A DNA stretch of 64,000 nt from an uncultured delta proteobacterium (lineage in GTDB: Bacteria; Desulfobacterota; Binatia; UBA9968): contig CAVYTU010000014.1 of the NCBI GenBank assembly GCA_963771465.1, positions 32,001-96,000 on the forward strand, written 5' to 3'. Both the position numbers and the translations under genes were made by a program. How positions within the stretch are numbered: the stretch's first letter is position 1; each line of letters starts with the position of its first letter. Below, piece by piece: positions 9,688-19,594 of the stretch. The notes below the pieces were generated by a model. The model made no database searches and was not told the DNA's origin. It saw nothing but the letters and a program-made list of their open reading frames with translations.

Positions 9688-10899
9688 ATGGAACGGAATC
9701 AATTTTCCCAGCTCGCCGCATGGATCACCGAGGCTGGACTCGCCGGACTGGATGAAAGCGCAACGCTGACCGGTTTTTGCGAGCGGCTTTTGGCGCTCGA
9801 CGTGGAGCTGGCGCGGGCGAATATTGTCATCGACACACTCCATCCGGTTTACCAAGGCCGTGCATTCACGTGGAAGCGCCAAACCCGAGGAACCGCACTT
9901 ACGGAATTCGGCCGCAGTGACCAGCGCGTCAACCTCTGGGAGCGCAGCCCGTTTTACAATCTGGAAGTTTCCGGTGAGACGCTCCTCAGGCGTCGCGTGA
10001 GCACTGCAACGGCTGTGGAGTTCCCGCTTTTCACAGACCTTCTCGTCGACGGTGTGACGGAATACCTCGCGATCGCCAACCGTTTTGCCGCTGAAGTGGT
10101 CATCGGCGACATGGATTGCGTTTATTCATCGTGGGCAACCGACGCGTCTGGGGGGTTCAAAGAGACCGACGTCGCCAACCTCACTCGGCTCGTGCCGCTG
10201 ATCGCGTTGACCATGAAAGCCGCTTCGTTGACCCGTATCGCCGGCACGCTGGTCGAAACTTATCTCGGCCGCGATGCCGGCCGCAAAGTCCTCGAAGGGC
10301 GCATCCAGCGCGGCGTCACCGATCGCATCGAAGCGGTCTTATGGTTCAGCGACCTGCGCAACTACACGCGCATCAGCGATTCGGCCGAACCCGAACTAAT
10401 CATTCCACTGCTCAACGAATACGCCGACGCCATCCTCTCAGCGATTCATGAGTCGGGCGGCGATGTTTTGAAATTGATGGGCGACGGCACCCTGGCTATT
10501 TTCACCGCGGACAATCGCGCCAGCGCGTGTCACGCCGCGCTCACCGCCGCAGCCGCGGCGCGCCAGTCCGTCGCGGTGGTCAACCATCGCCGCGCGGCGG
10601 AAAGCCTGCCGACGACTGATATGTACTTGGGGCTTCACGTCGGTGAAGTTTTTTACGGTAACATCGGCAGCAAAGACCGCCTCGATTTCACCGTCGTCGG
10701 TCCCGCCGTCAATGAAGTGAGCCGCATCGCCGGTCTGTGCCGCTCCGTCGATCAACCTCTGCTGATCTCCTCCGCGTTCGCGAGCGCCATCGACGAACCG
10801 AAGAATCTGCTCGTCTCGGTCGGCCGCTACGCACTGCGCGGCGTCGGCCGCCCGCAGGATCTCTACACGCTCGATCCGGAACCGGACGTGCCGGATTGA
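9688..10899 (+). CDS. Class III adenylate/guanylate cyclase with N-terminal GAF-like region
   Basis: FSDLRNYT, LKLMGDG, RLDFTVVGPAVNEVSRI. Confidence 0.9.
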   Translation: MERNQFSQLAAWITEAGLAGLDESATLTGFCERLLALDVELARANIVIDTLHPVYQGRAFTWKRQTRGTALTEFGRSDQRVNLWERSPFYNLEVSGETLLRRRVSTATAVEFPLFTDLLVDGVTEYLAIANRFAAEVVIGDMDCVYSSWATDASGGFKETDVANLTRLVPLIALTMKAASLTRIAGTLVETYLGRDAGRKVLEGRIQRGVTDRIEAVLWFSDLRNYTRISDSAEPELIIPLLNEYADAILSAIHESGGDVLKLMGDGTLAIFTADNRASACHAALTAAAAARQSVAVVNHRRAAESLPTTDMYLGLHVGEVFYGNIGSKDRLDFTVVGPAVNEVSRIAGLCRSVDQPLLISSAFASAIDEPKNLLVSVGRYALRGVGRPQDLYTLDPEPDVPD

Positions 10900-10958
10900 T
10901 TAACCTCGTAGTTAAGTTAGCGGGGGATTAGATCGAGCGATGAGAATTTTTCCAAATC

Positions 10959-11039
10959 CGCCACCCCCGAATGTTTTTATCGGGGGTCCAGACTCGGAGC
11001 CGCCTGGATTCCCGCTTAAAGCATGCGGGAATGACGGAC
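10959..11039. repeat. REP-like palindromic element
   Basis: acccccga...tcgggggt hairpin followed by ctggattcccgcttaaagcatgcgggaatgac hairpin between convergent genes. Confidence 0.7.
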
Positions 11040-11102
11040 TTCGATGAAGGAATCGATTCTGCGGGTAAGTTTCGAGAATCGAAACTCGCAGCGATAGAAA
11101 GC

Positions 11103-12824
11103 TCAGTGGCTGCCGCAGATCACATTGAGCACCGCTTGGCGCTTTTCCTCTTTGACCACTTTGAGCGCGCGCCTGAGCGCCGGCAAAACTTCTGCCGGAT
11201 CGTCGACCATCTCGCCATAACCGCCGTGCGCTTCGACGACTTTTTCATAGCGCGGCGACGGTGCTAATTCGGTCAGCGGAAAATTTCCCGTACTCACCGC
11301 CCAGCCGTCCGGCATGACTTGTTGCGTCGCCGCCTTGGTGGAGTGCCAGATGGCGTTGTTGCAGATAATCGTGAGCATAGGAAGGTCATAGGCGTGAGAA
11401 ACGAAGTGGCAGGCGGTCGGATTGTTGAACATATAAGTGCCATCGCCCGCGGTAACGATCACAGTTTTTTCCGGCCGCGCCAGCTTCATACCCAAGCCGC
11501 CGCCGATACCCCAGCCGAGTCCGCCCGCGGGTGAGCCGCCGAAATAGCTCGCCGGCTCGCTCAAGTTGAGCACTTCGTTGCCGACGCCATGATCGCTGAG
11601 CACGAGGGTGTCTTGGTCTCGCACCTGTTCGACGCAGTGCGCCAACCAAGTATGGCTGATCGGCCTTTCATGGCTCGCGTGCTCGACTCTTTGTTTCAAC
11701 CGCTCGCGGTAGCGCTTGCGCTCGGCGCGAATTTTCTCGGCGCGCTCGCTCAACAGTTTTTCATTTCGCGGCCCGCTCATTAATTCCTGCGCGAGCAATT
11801 CGAGCGCAAGCTTGGGATCGCCGCCGATGGAAATATCTTTAGGAAAGTTGCGGATCGGAATGGCGCCGTAATTCGGGTCGCGGGCGATTTGAATGACCTT
11901 GCCGTTTTCCGGCGGCTTGCCTTGAAGCGGGTACCAAGGCACGTCGGACTCGACCACAACGACCACATCCGCGTCTTTGATATAAGGCGCCGAGCTCACA
12001 CCGAGGTAAAAATCATGGGTGTTGGGCATGCTCACGAACGGACTCGCCGGCGTCACCACAGGTGCGACCAAAGCTTCGGCGAACGAAACCATCGCGCTCA
12101 CCGCGGTAGGATCCGAACCCAAGCGGCCGGTGATAATCAGCGGATTAGTCGCGCCGCGCAAGATCTCCGCTGTGCGCTTGATCGACGCTGCGCTCGGTTG
12201 CGATGGTTCGACCTGAGCCTTGCGGTTCGGATGAATGGTGATGGAATCCATCTTCTGCGCCAGCACTTCGCGCGGCAACGTTAGATAAACCGGGCCTTGC
12301 GGCGTGCCGAGCGCCATCTCCAGCGCGCGATCGACGACAGTCTCGACTTGCTCGCCGTTGCGCAACTCGTAATCCCACCGAGTAAACTCGCGCAGCAGAC
12401 TTCCTTGATCGAACGACTCCTGCCCCCAATGGATGAAATTGCTCCGGCTCCCGACAAAGCCTTCCTCAGTTAACGGTGTCCTACCGGCGGAAAAAATCAT
12501 CGGCACATTGAGACGCGAAGCGTTCATGATCGCCGCCGATGCGTTGCCGGTGCCAACGATCACATGCACCATCACCACCTGCGGCTCGCCGGTAAGCATC
12601 GCATAACCCTGCGCCATGCTGACAGCGACAAACTCATGCGGCACCGTGATCGGCATCGGATGCAGTTTTTTCTCCGCGCCAAACTTCGCCAAAGCATCGA
12701 TAACCGGCCCAAAGTCGGTGCCGCTATTGCCAAAGAAATATTTAATCCCGCGCGCGCGCAGGACTTCTAAGTAAGCTTGTCCAACGGTCTCGACCTGAAC
12801 GGTTACGGTTTTGTTCGTGTCCAT
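11103..12824 (-). CDS. Thiamine-diphosphate-dependent enzyme (acetolactate synthase/benzoylformate decarboxylase-like)
   Basis: FGNSGTDF, PHEFVAV, GDGTYMFNN ThDP motif. Confidence 0.9.
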   Translation of the reverse strand: MDTNKTVTVQVETVGQAYLEVLRARGIKYFFGNSGTDFGPVIDALAKFGAEKKLHPMPITVPHEFVAVSMAQGYAMLTGEPQVVMVHVIVGTGNASAAIMNASRLNVPMIFSAGRTPLTEEGFVGSRSNFIHWGQESFDQGSLLREFTRWDYELRNGEQVETVVDRALEMALGTPQGPVYLTLPREVLAQKMDSITIHPNRKAQVEPSQPSAASIKRTAEILRGATNPLIITGRLGSDPTAVSAMVSFAEALVAPVVTPASPFVSMPNTHDFYLGVSSAPYIKDADVVVVVESDVPWYPLQGKPPENGKVIQIARDPNYGAIPIRNFPKDISIGGDPKLALELLAQELMSGPRNEKLLSERAEKIRAERKRYRERLKQRVEHASHERPISHTWLAHCVEQVRDQDTLVLSDHGVGNEVLNLSEPASYFGGSPAGGLGWGIGGGLGMKLARPEKTVIVTAGDGTYMFNNPTACHFVSHAYDLPMLTIICNNAIWHSTKAATQQVMPDGWAVSTGNFPLTELAPSPRYEKVVEAHGGYGEMVDDPAEVLPALRRALKVVKEEKRQAVLNVICGSH

Positions 12825-13064
12825 GCAGACGCTCCTCGCGATTGGTAATGAAACGATAACCAGCTCATATATCGACCGAGCCGGTGCTGGCAAGCCGCGG
12901 GTTGTGAAACTTTCGGCTAACTTCCCAGCATCGCTTGACGGGAAACGTAGCTTGACAAGTCACAAGCGAGCGATAGAGTTTAACAACTCCTAATGAAAAT
13001 CGCGTAGAGCTGGTTGGGATAGGCGGCCAGCAACGGCGCGGCCTAAGCGGGTCACTTAATAGTT

Positions 13065-13976
13065 GTGCTATTAGTTTATATTATTATTCAGCTGCGTGGA
13101 GCATGGGAGGCTTGCCAGAGTACGCGCGGATTGACGTTGTTTGGCGTGACAATGCTTCTTGTCATGCTGCGCGTTGGCAATCCGGCTTGGGCACAGGATT
13201 CAAGTAGGGTGCCCGTCGTGATAGATGGGCAGAACGTCGGCCTTGAAATCCGTATCTACAAGCCTTCTACGGAAGGAAAGGTACCGACACTTGTCTTTAA
13301 TCATGGCTCTACCGGTACCGGTAGAGACCCGATCCTATTCACGAAGCCCGAGAGGTTTCCACAACTGGCCCGGTTCTTCGTACAGCGCGGTTGGGCCGTC
13401 GTAATGCCGTCGCGACGCGGGCGGGGAGGATCGGAAGGCGAATATGATGAGGGGTTTGCGATTGATCGCTCGCGTGGCTACACCTGTGACCCGTCGTTAT
13501 CGATTCCCGGGGCGGATCGTGCGTTGCGCGACATCGAAGCTGCGATGGGAGCGATCATAACGATGCCTTTTGTCGATGGCAATCGAGTTGTCATCGGTGG
13601 GGAATCGCGCGGAGGCATTCTCAGTGTGGCCTATGCGGGGCAGCATCCTGAGCAGGTCAAAGGAGTAATCAATTTTGTCGGCGGATGGCTAGGCTTCGGC
13701 TGCAAAACCGCCAGCACTGTCAATCAGGAGATCTTCAAACGCGGTGCCCGGTATACGGGCGACACGATCTGGCTATATGCTTACCCGGATCGGTTCTATC
13801 CAATGTTCCACAGCCGTGAGAACTTCGCTGCATTCCAGGCGGCTGGTGGCAAGGGTGTATTCCATGAGTTTCCTCCAGGTTCCGGCGGTCACGGCATCGC
13901 AGCACGTCCCGACGTCTGGACTTCTGTCCTCGACGCTTACTTGAAGCGTCGAGGTTTGGCGAACGAAGAGCGATGA
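13065..13976 (+). CDS. Secreted alpha/beta hydrolase (dienelactone hydrolase-like)
   Basis: VFNHGS, GESRGG nucleophile elbow, GGH; start codon uncertain. Confidence 0.8.
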   Translation: MLLVYIIIQLRGAWEACQSTRGLTLFGVTMLLVMLRVGNPAWAQDSSRVPVVIDGQNVGLEIRIYKPSTEGKVPTLVFNHGSTGTGRDPILFTKPERFPQLARFFVQRGWAVVMPSRRGRGGSEGEYDEGFAIDRSRGYTCDPSLSIPGADRALRDIEAAMGAIITMPFVDGNRVVIGGESRGGILSVAYAGQHPEQVKGVINFVGGWLGFGCKTASTVNQEIFKRGARYTGDTIWLYAYPDRFYPMFHSRENFAAFQAAGGKGVFHEFPPGSGGHGIAARPDVWTSVLDAYLKRRGLANEER

Positions 13977-14123
13977 ACAAACGCTGGACAACATTGGGAA
14001 CAAAAGGCACATTTTAGCTTCAAGCATAACTTCGGCTTGAGCGGACTGAACAACTTGGCGGCGCTCAGCCGCGCGTAAAGTTGCTAAGGTTTTGGAAGAC
14101 AGAAAAGTATAAGAGGAGGTCCA

Positions 14124-14598
14124 ATGCGCAAGCGTATAATTAATCAAGATCCTCAAAATGTCTCACCCGTCGATCACAGTTGGCTAGACTCTGCAACGCC
14201 TGGCGCAAGTCGAAGTTACGTCCGAGGAGGCGGCAAACCCGATCGAGGCGGCGCTGATACCCAGTGTCGGATCAGGTTGGCGGGCGGCACAAGCCGGGGA
14301 GCAGACGATCCGCCTGCTGTTCGACGAGTCGCAGAAGGTCAGGCGCATTCAGTTACTTTTTGACGAGGATCAACAGGCGCGCACGCAAGAGTTCGTGCTG
14401 CGGTGGTCGCCGGACGCCGGTCGATCTTACCGGGAGATCGTGCGTCAGCAATATAACTTCAGTCCGCCGGGCATGACGCGCGAGTCTGAAGATTACACGG
14501 TCGATCTCGTCGGAGTGACAGCACTGGAACTACGAATCGTTCCCGACATAAGTGGCGGAGACGCCCGTGCATCGGTCGCGCAGTTACGTATCGCATAA
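14124..14598 (+). pseudogene. Galactose-binding-like/carbohydrate-binding small protein with one frameshift (~14190)
   Basis: MRKRIINQ...WLD continues as LQRLAQVEVTSEE...RTQEFVLRWS...QQYNFSPPG...LRIA if one T is removed; GAGGAGG RBS. Confidence 0.7.
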
Positions 14599-14711
14599 TC
14601 TCTAGCGCTGCTTTGTAGCCGGTTTAACTCCTTCGGGCTATGGGTCTCTTACTTGTGGCGCCGATATCTTATCCGTTGCCTAACATCCGTGCCGGTTAAG
14701 CGCGACGTTAC

Positions 14712-15236
14712 CTACAAGACCGCTTCGGCCTGAAACACCACCGGCAGCCAAGTCACCGGCGTCGAATCCTGCACGCAACGGAAACCTTTCACTTCATTTT
14801 TCCAATCCGGCAAGTAACGGTGTGAGCAGTCGCATGTGTTAGCCGGACCACAGAGAGCTTTGTAGGTTTGCCCGCCGATATCGACGTCGGTCGAAGTCCA
14901 CTCCCAAATATCGCCGCGCTTTTTAAGCTTGCCGCCTTCGCATGTGGACTTCCATTCATCGACGGTCGGCAACCGGCGTCCGACGAAGCGGCAGTAGGCG
15001 TTCACATCATGAAAGTTGACGAGCACGACCGGCTCGTTTTCTTTGCCGGCAGGAAAGCTACCGTTGACCCAATATTCCGGCGCTGCATGACGCGTCGCCG
15101 CAACAAACTTCAGATACTCGCCGTTGGTGACTTCGCTGTGATCAAGCGCTGCCGCGGCGAGAAAATACATCGGCAAGAAGAACGCCCAACAACAATCTAA
15201 TGAGCTCGAACGCTTTGCTTTCAAATTCCTCACCAT
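14712..15236 (-). CDS. Short formylglycine-generating-enzyme (SUMF1/FGE-sulfatase) fold protein
   Basis: EVTNGEY, PVVLVNFHDVNAYC, RRLPTVDEW, IWEWT, GFRC. Confidence 0.75.
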   Translation of the reverse strand: MVRNLKAKRSSSLDCCWAFFLPMYFLAAAALDHSEVTNGEYLKFVAATRHAAPEYWVNGSFPAGKENEPVVLVNFHDVNAYCRFVGRRLPTVDEWKSTCEGGKLKKRGDIWEWTSTDVDIGGQTYKALCGPANTCDCSHRYLPDWKNEVKGFRCVQDSTPVTWLPVVFQAEAVL

Positions 15237-15238
15237 AA

Positions 15239-16204
15239 CTACTTGAGCGCTTGTTGCAGCAACGTAAAATCGGTGAGCTGCGACGGCGCGACGCCTTTGA
15301 TGCCGGCTTCCGCCAGCATCGTGGTAACGAGCGAATTCAACATCGACTCTTCCACCATGCCGTTTCTCGTGTAGTTGTTGATCGCCATCTGATAAATCTC
15401 GGCCGCCATCTCGCGATCGAGCTTTAGCCAACTCATCATCACCTGGTGCGTGCCTTCGGGATTCTCCCGCATAAAGCGCAGCGATTGGAGCAGCGCCTTG
15501 ATCACGCGCCGCACTTGATCGGGGTGATCGCGCAGTTTTGCGCTGTTGACGCCGAGCCCGCCGGCGAGCAGGCCGTGATACTCGGCGGCGTTGATCAATA
15601 GCTTGAGGCCCATCTTCTTGGCTCGATACGCCTCGCCGTAATCCATCATCGCGCTATCGATGGAACCGGAGAGCATCGCACCGATGCGCGTGCCGGTATC
15701 GACGATGCGATAGATTATGTCGCGATCCGGATCCAAACCGTTTTGCTTGAGAATAAACTTGGCCGAAATCTGCTGCGAACCGAGGAGTCCCGGGACACCC
15801 ATCGATTTTCCCTTGAGCTCGCTTACCGACTTGATCTCCTGGCGCACGACCAATCCCCAAAAGGGTTTGGTCGTGCCGAGAAACACGATGCGCACCGGCA
15901 ATCCTCTCGCCGCCGAGACAAACGTCGAGCCAGCTCTGAGTGTGTAGTCGATATTGCCGCTGGCGAGCGCGGCGCGATCGACCTCGGTGCGCGTAAGCAG
16001 CAGTTTGACATCGAGGTTCTGCTCGCGAAAAAAACCTCGTTGGCGCGCTACCTCGGCGGGCAAAAACGTTATGCTCGGGCCGGCGAAAGAAATCAGCGCT
16101 TCTTCTAACGCCAAGGCCGGCTGCGCCGAGACGAGCAAGCACATTACTTGGAGACTGAATAGTATTGCAGCCAGGAGTCGGAAAGTACGTGCGATGCCAA
16201 GCAT
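15239..16204 (-). CDS. ABC substrate-binding protein, NMT1/SsuA-like
   Basis: GFFREQNLDV, ELKGKSMGV, GLDPDRDI. Confidence 0.85.
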   Translation of the reverse strand: MLGIARTFRLLAAILFSLQVMCLLVSAQPALALEEALISFAGPSITFLPAEVARQRGFFREQNLDVKLLLTRTEVDRAALASGNIDYTLRAGSTFVSAARGLPVRIVFLGTTKPFWGLVVRQEIKSVSELKGKSMGVPGLLGSQQISAKFILKQNGLDPDRDIIYRIVDTGTRIGAMLSGSIDSAMMDYGEAYRAKKMGLKLLINAAEYHGLLAGGLGVNSAKLRDHPDQVRRVIKALLQSLRFMRENPEGTHQVMMSWLKLDREMAAEIYQMAINNYTRNGMVEESMLNSLVTTMLAEAGIKGVAPSQLTDFTLLQQALK

Positions 16205-16221
16205 TACAACCTCCCGTCGGT

Positions 16222-17250
16222 TCAGAATTCTTCGCGATAAAGATCGAGTGCCTTCAGCGCCGGCGCGTCGCTCATGGAGAACAGAATCGCGTCATCGGTT
16301 GACGAATTGACATGGTGGTGCGCGTACCAGAGCGGCACGACGAAGGTGTCGCCTTGCCGCCAGTCGAAATGCCGCTCGCCGATCTGCGTCGCGCCTCGTC
16401 CGCGAAATACATGGTACATCACCGTACTGGTGTGACGGTGCGATTCCGTCGCGACTTTCGCCGGGAGCAATTGAACCGCGCACTGAATCGTCGTCATCGT
16501 CGGTCCACCGGTAACCGGATTGCGATATTCAAGTAAATAACCGTCAAAACGATTTCGTGCGTCCGTTGATTTCCTCAACCCCGTGAGCGCCGGCTCGGTG
16601 TCGCGCCACTTGTAGTGGAAAAAATCGGCGCGCGGCAATCCGTCGCGCATCGAACTGCCGGGCTGATCCATTACGACTTCGCTACTCATCTCGATCGCCT
16701 GGCGCCGTTCGGCGAAGCGCTCCTGCATCACTTGGTGCAGCGCCGTGATTAGCGGAAAATCCAAACCGTCGAGCCAAAGCATCGGTTCGGTCGTATCGTT
16801 GGAATGATCATGCCAGGTGAGCTTCGGCGTGAGAATCAAATCGCCGGGCTCCATGACGCATTGTTGGCCGTTGACCGTGGTGTAGGCGCCTTTACCTTGG
16901 ATAACGAAACGCAGCGCCGCCGGCGTGTGGCGGTGCGCCCGCGCGTTTTCGCCGGGCTTGACGTATTGGAATGAGATTTGAATCGTATGGGTCGCAAAGC
17001 CGTGCTTTTGATCGAGTCCCGGATTGACCAGCCGCACCACGCGCCGCTCGCTGTTCTCCAAGCTGATCACTTCGCCCGCGCGCACCAGACTCTCGTGCAC
17101 ATCGGCCCACTTCCACAGACAAGGTTCGACAGTGGTCATCGGATGATTCGGCAACCCTTCCATGCCGAGCCGCCAATAACCCGAGAGATTTTTCCCCACC
17201 ATGTCGCGGTCGAGAAGGATGATGCTATCGGTTTGAGCTGTTTGTTTCAT
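16222..17250 (-). CDS. Gentisate 1,2-dioxygenase-like bicupin
   Basis: ERRVVRLVNPG, AHRHTPAALRF, WHDH, WLDGLDFP, NPVTGGPTM, second HRH. Confidence 0.85.
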   Translation of the reverse strand: MKQTAQTDSIILLDRDMVGKNLSGYWRLGMEGLPNHPMTTVEPCLWKWADVHESLVRAGEVISLENSERRVVRLVNPGLDQKHGFATHTIQISFQYVKPGENARAHRHTPAALRFVIQGKGAYTTVNGQQCVMEPGDLILTPKLTWHDHSNDTTEPMLWLDGLDFPLITALHQVMQERFAERRQAIEMSSEVVMDQPGSSMRDGLPRADFFHYKWRDTEPALTGLRKSTDARNRFDGYLLEYRNPVTGGPTMTTIQCAVQLLPAKVATESHRHTSTVMYHVFRGRGATQIGERHFDWRQGDTFVVPLWYAHHHVNSSTDDAILFSMSDAPALKALDLYREEF

Positions 17251-17403
17251 AGCCAACGACCTCTGGACTGCTTTAGTAACACTTGGTTCTCACCACGAAG
17301 GCATGAAGGAAAGAGGGCGCGATCAATCGCCCCCACGAAATCAATTTCCTTTGCTCCCTTGCGCTTTTGGCGTCAATTCTCCGATTCCGAATCTTCTTCC
17401 GTC

Positions 17404-17445
17404 AACGATTTGAACGGCTTGAACGGTTGGAACGACTGGAACGAA
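17404..17445. repeat. Nonamer tandem repeat (AACGNYTKG-like)
   Basis: aacgatttg-aacggcttg-aacggttgg-aacgactgg-aacga. Confidence 0.6.
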
Positions 17446-17454
17446 CTTTCTCCG

Positions 17455-18087
17455 CTATTTCCCAGCCACCGATCGCGGCGGGATCGGCTGATTGTAAATC
17501 ATATCCACCCACATCGGCTGATACGCCGCGACGAAGCCGTTCTTGTAGGCGTTGCCGCAGTAATGCGCCGGCTTGAGTTTATCCCAGACGATTTTGCCGC
17601 TCGGCTCGATACAGTCTTCGTCCACCGACGCCGCGACAACTTTTCCGACGACCATCAGCCGGTGCAGCCACTGCTTGGTCCATTCCACTTTGCATTCAAA
17701 ATGGCTGCGGCACTCGGCGATGCGCGGCGGCTTGACCCACTTGGAAGGTATCGCCGTCAGTCCGGCTTTCTCCAATTCGTTCACCCGCGGTGGAAAATCC
17801 AAGCCGACGACTCTGACTTTCTCTAGAATCTCCCGTTCGAAGGGCGGCACGTTGACGACAAACTCAGAAGTCGCCAGCACGTTGTGCGCCGTGTCCTTGG
17901 GCGCGCCGACGGTGAAAGAAATATACACCGGATCGTGACAGACCCGCACGCAGGTGCCAAAAGACGCCGCGTTCACTCGGCCCGCTTCGTCCACTGTAGT
18001 GATCATGACGAGACACGCGCTCGGCGCGAACAGTTTATCCCAATGCTCGCTCGGCACGTCGACTTTGTTTACCGCGTTCATAGTCAT
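17455..18087 (-). CDS. Flavin reductase-like (DIM6/NTAB family) protein
   Basis: ITTVDEAGRVNAASF, KDTAHNV, EFVVN, PPRIAEC..HFEC. Confidence 0.85.
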   Translation of the reverse strand: MTMNAVNKVDVPSEHWDKLFAPSACLVMITTVDEAGRVNAASFGTCVRVCHDPVYISFTVGAPKDTAHNVLATSEFVVNVPPFEREILEKVRVVGLDFPPRVNELEKAGLTAIPSKWVKPPRIAECRSHFECKVEWTKQWLHRLMVVGKVVAASVDEDCIEPSGKIVWDKLKPAHYCGNAYKNGFVAAYQPMWVDMIYNQPIPPRSVAGK

Positions 18088-18225
18088 TCCTCCCGTCGCA
18101 AGGTATTCATGTTGCGCCAACTCTGCCGACAATCGCCCAGCGCCCGTGATCGGCTGGCGTATGCCGAGAAACTTGAGCGCCGCTTTCGGACCTTGAACAT
18201 TGAACCCTTGATCCTTGAATGAAAT

Positions 18226-19302
18226 TTAAGGATGCACATCTTCGAGAAACCAATCCGTGGGAATCTCGCGCCCGACTCGTGCTTCCCGCGCCCGCGCTAA
18301 AACTTCACTCCCGACAGCGGCGAACTGAAGACCGAGACCGACATTATTGCAAAAGCAACTTATCGAATTGTCCTTCACCCGTCCCGGATGTTGACCGTTG
18401 ACCAGCTGCGATATCGTCGGCAAGTCCCAAATCGCCGCATCTTCACGGGTGAGCGGATGGGGCCAACCTTCGGCGATATCGGGTATCGACTGCGGATCGA
18501 CGCCGATGGCGATTTGAAACGGCTTGGCCTCGTGCCAGTGAATGATCAGCGGATCGGCTCGCTTGTAAGTCAGCGCATCGAGCTCGCAAGGCTTGACGCA
18601 TGACACATGCATGCCCGGCTGTAATAGCTCGCCGGAAAACAACGCGGAGATAGAATTGGTCGTGCAGATCACCATGTCCGCGTCTTTAATAGCTTCCGCG
18701 GCACTGCTTGATTCAATCAACTCCGCCGATACTTTGCCTCTCCACTCTTCAACGAACTTGCGCCGCGACTCCGGTGTCGGACTAAAAACTTTCACTCGCT
18801 TTAGATCGCGAATCATCGCCATCGTCACCAGATGCGCGCTCGCCTGCCAGCCCGAACCGAGCAAAGCCATTGTGGTGGAATTCTTCCGCGCCAGGTAGCG
18901 CGCCGCGATCGCGCTGGCGCCGGCGACCCGCAGTTTCTGCACGTAGCCATCGGGGAAAATCGCCAGAGGCTCGCCGGTCTCGGTGCTGAAGAGCATCACC
19001 AATCCAACATAACGATTGCCGCCCGCGACCGGCAACTTGTCTTTGCGCACGCCGCCGGCTTTCTCGTACCATTTCACCACGCTGGAGTTGAGCCTGAGCG
19101 CGGCGATGTTACGGTTCGGTAACACGCCGCTCATGGTTTTGTATTCATAGAACTCATTCGGCTTGGTTGGACTGAAAACATCGTACCGCGGCACCGTCGC
19201 GGCCATGCCGTTGCCGAGATCGCGGTACGCATCTTCGAGCACGTCGAGACAGGCGCCGACGGGAAGAATTTTTTCGATGTCTTCATTGGAGAGTATCAGC
19301 AT
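18226..19302 (-). CDS. Ornithine cyclodeaminase/mu-crystallin family protein
   Basis: LRVAGASAIAARYLAR, GSGWQA, GLGLQFAA. Confidence 0.85.
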   Translation of the reverse strand: MLILSNEDIEKILPVGACLDVLEDAYRDLGNGMAATVPRYDVFSPTKPNEFYEYKTMSGVLPNRNIAALRLNSSVVKWYEKAGGVRKDKLPVAGGNRYVGLVMLFSTETGEPLAIFPDGYVQKLRVAGASAIAARYLARKNSTTMALLGSGWQASAHLVTMAMIRDLKRVKVFSPTPESRRKFVEEWRGKVSAELIESSSAAEAIKDADMVICTTNSISALFSGELLQPGMHVSCVKPCELDALTYKRADPLIIHWHEAKPFQIAIGVDPQSIPDIAEGWPHPLTREDAAIWDLPTISQLVNGQHPGRVKDNSISCFCNNVGLGLQFAAVGSEVLARAREARVGREIPTDWFLEDVHP

Positions 19303-19594
19303 GCAAACCTCCTGCATTATTCCCGCTGCGCGAGCTAGAATTGCAAATTCCTAGTCTGGAATCTGGAATCTGTCATTTGCACTTCCGAGCAAGGCGAGGA
19401 CGCGCCGCCATTGTTAGTGCCGTGACGATTGTTTTTCAAGTCGCGCCTCGGCACAAGAGAATTTGACAACGGACCTTCAAGTAACCGATATTGATATGCG
19501 TTTCGGTTCAAAATTTCCGGATAACCTTGGCAGATAGATCAATAAGGAGTTCTCGGATTACCAATCTCACTTACCAGCTGTAAAGGAGATCAAT

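Noticed and set aside
13970-14710. Integron attC sites around the atypical-GC genes
   Set aside because: Only isolated AAC/GTT-like boxes (e.g. gcctaac); no convincing paired R/L boxes and no integrase
16978-17826. Long alternative ORFs antisense to or overlapping real genes (also 26552-27439, 8896-9582, 38443-39147)
   Set aside because: Shadow ORFs expected in GC-rich DNA; no motifs, and they overlap well-supported genes
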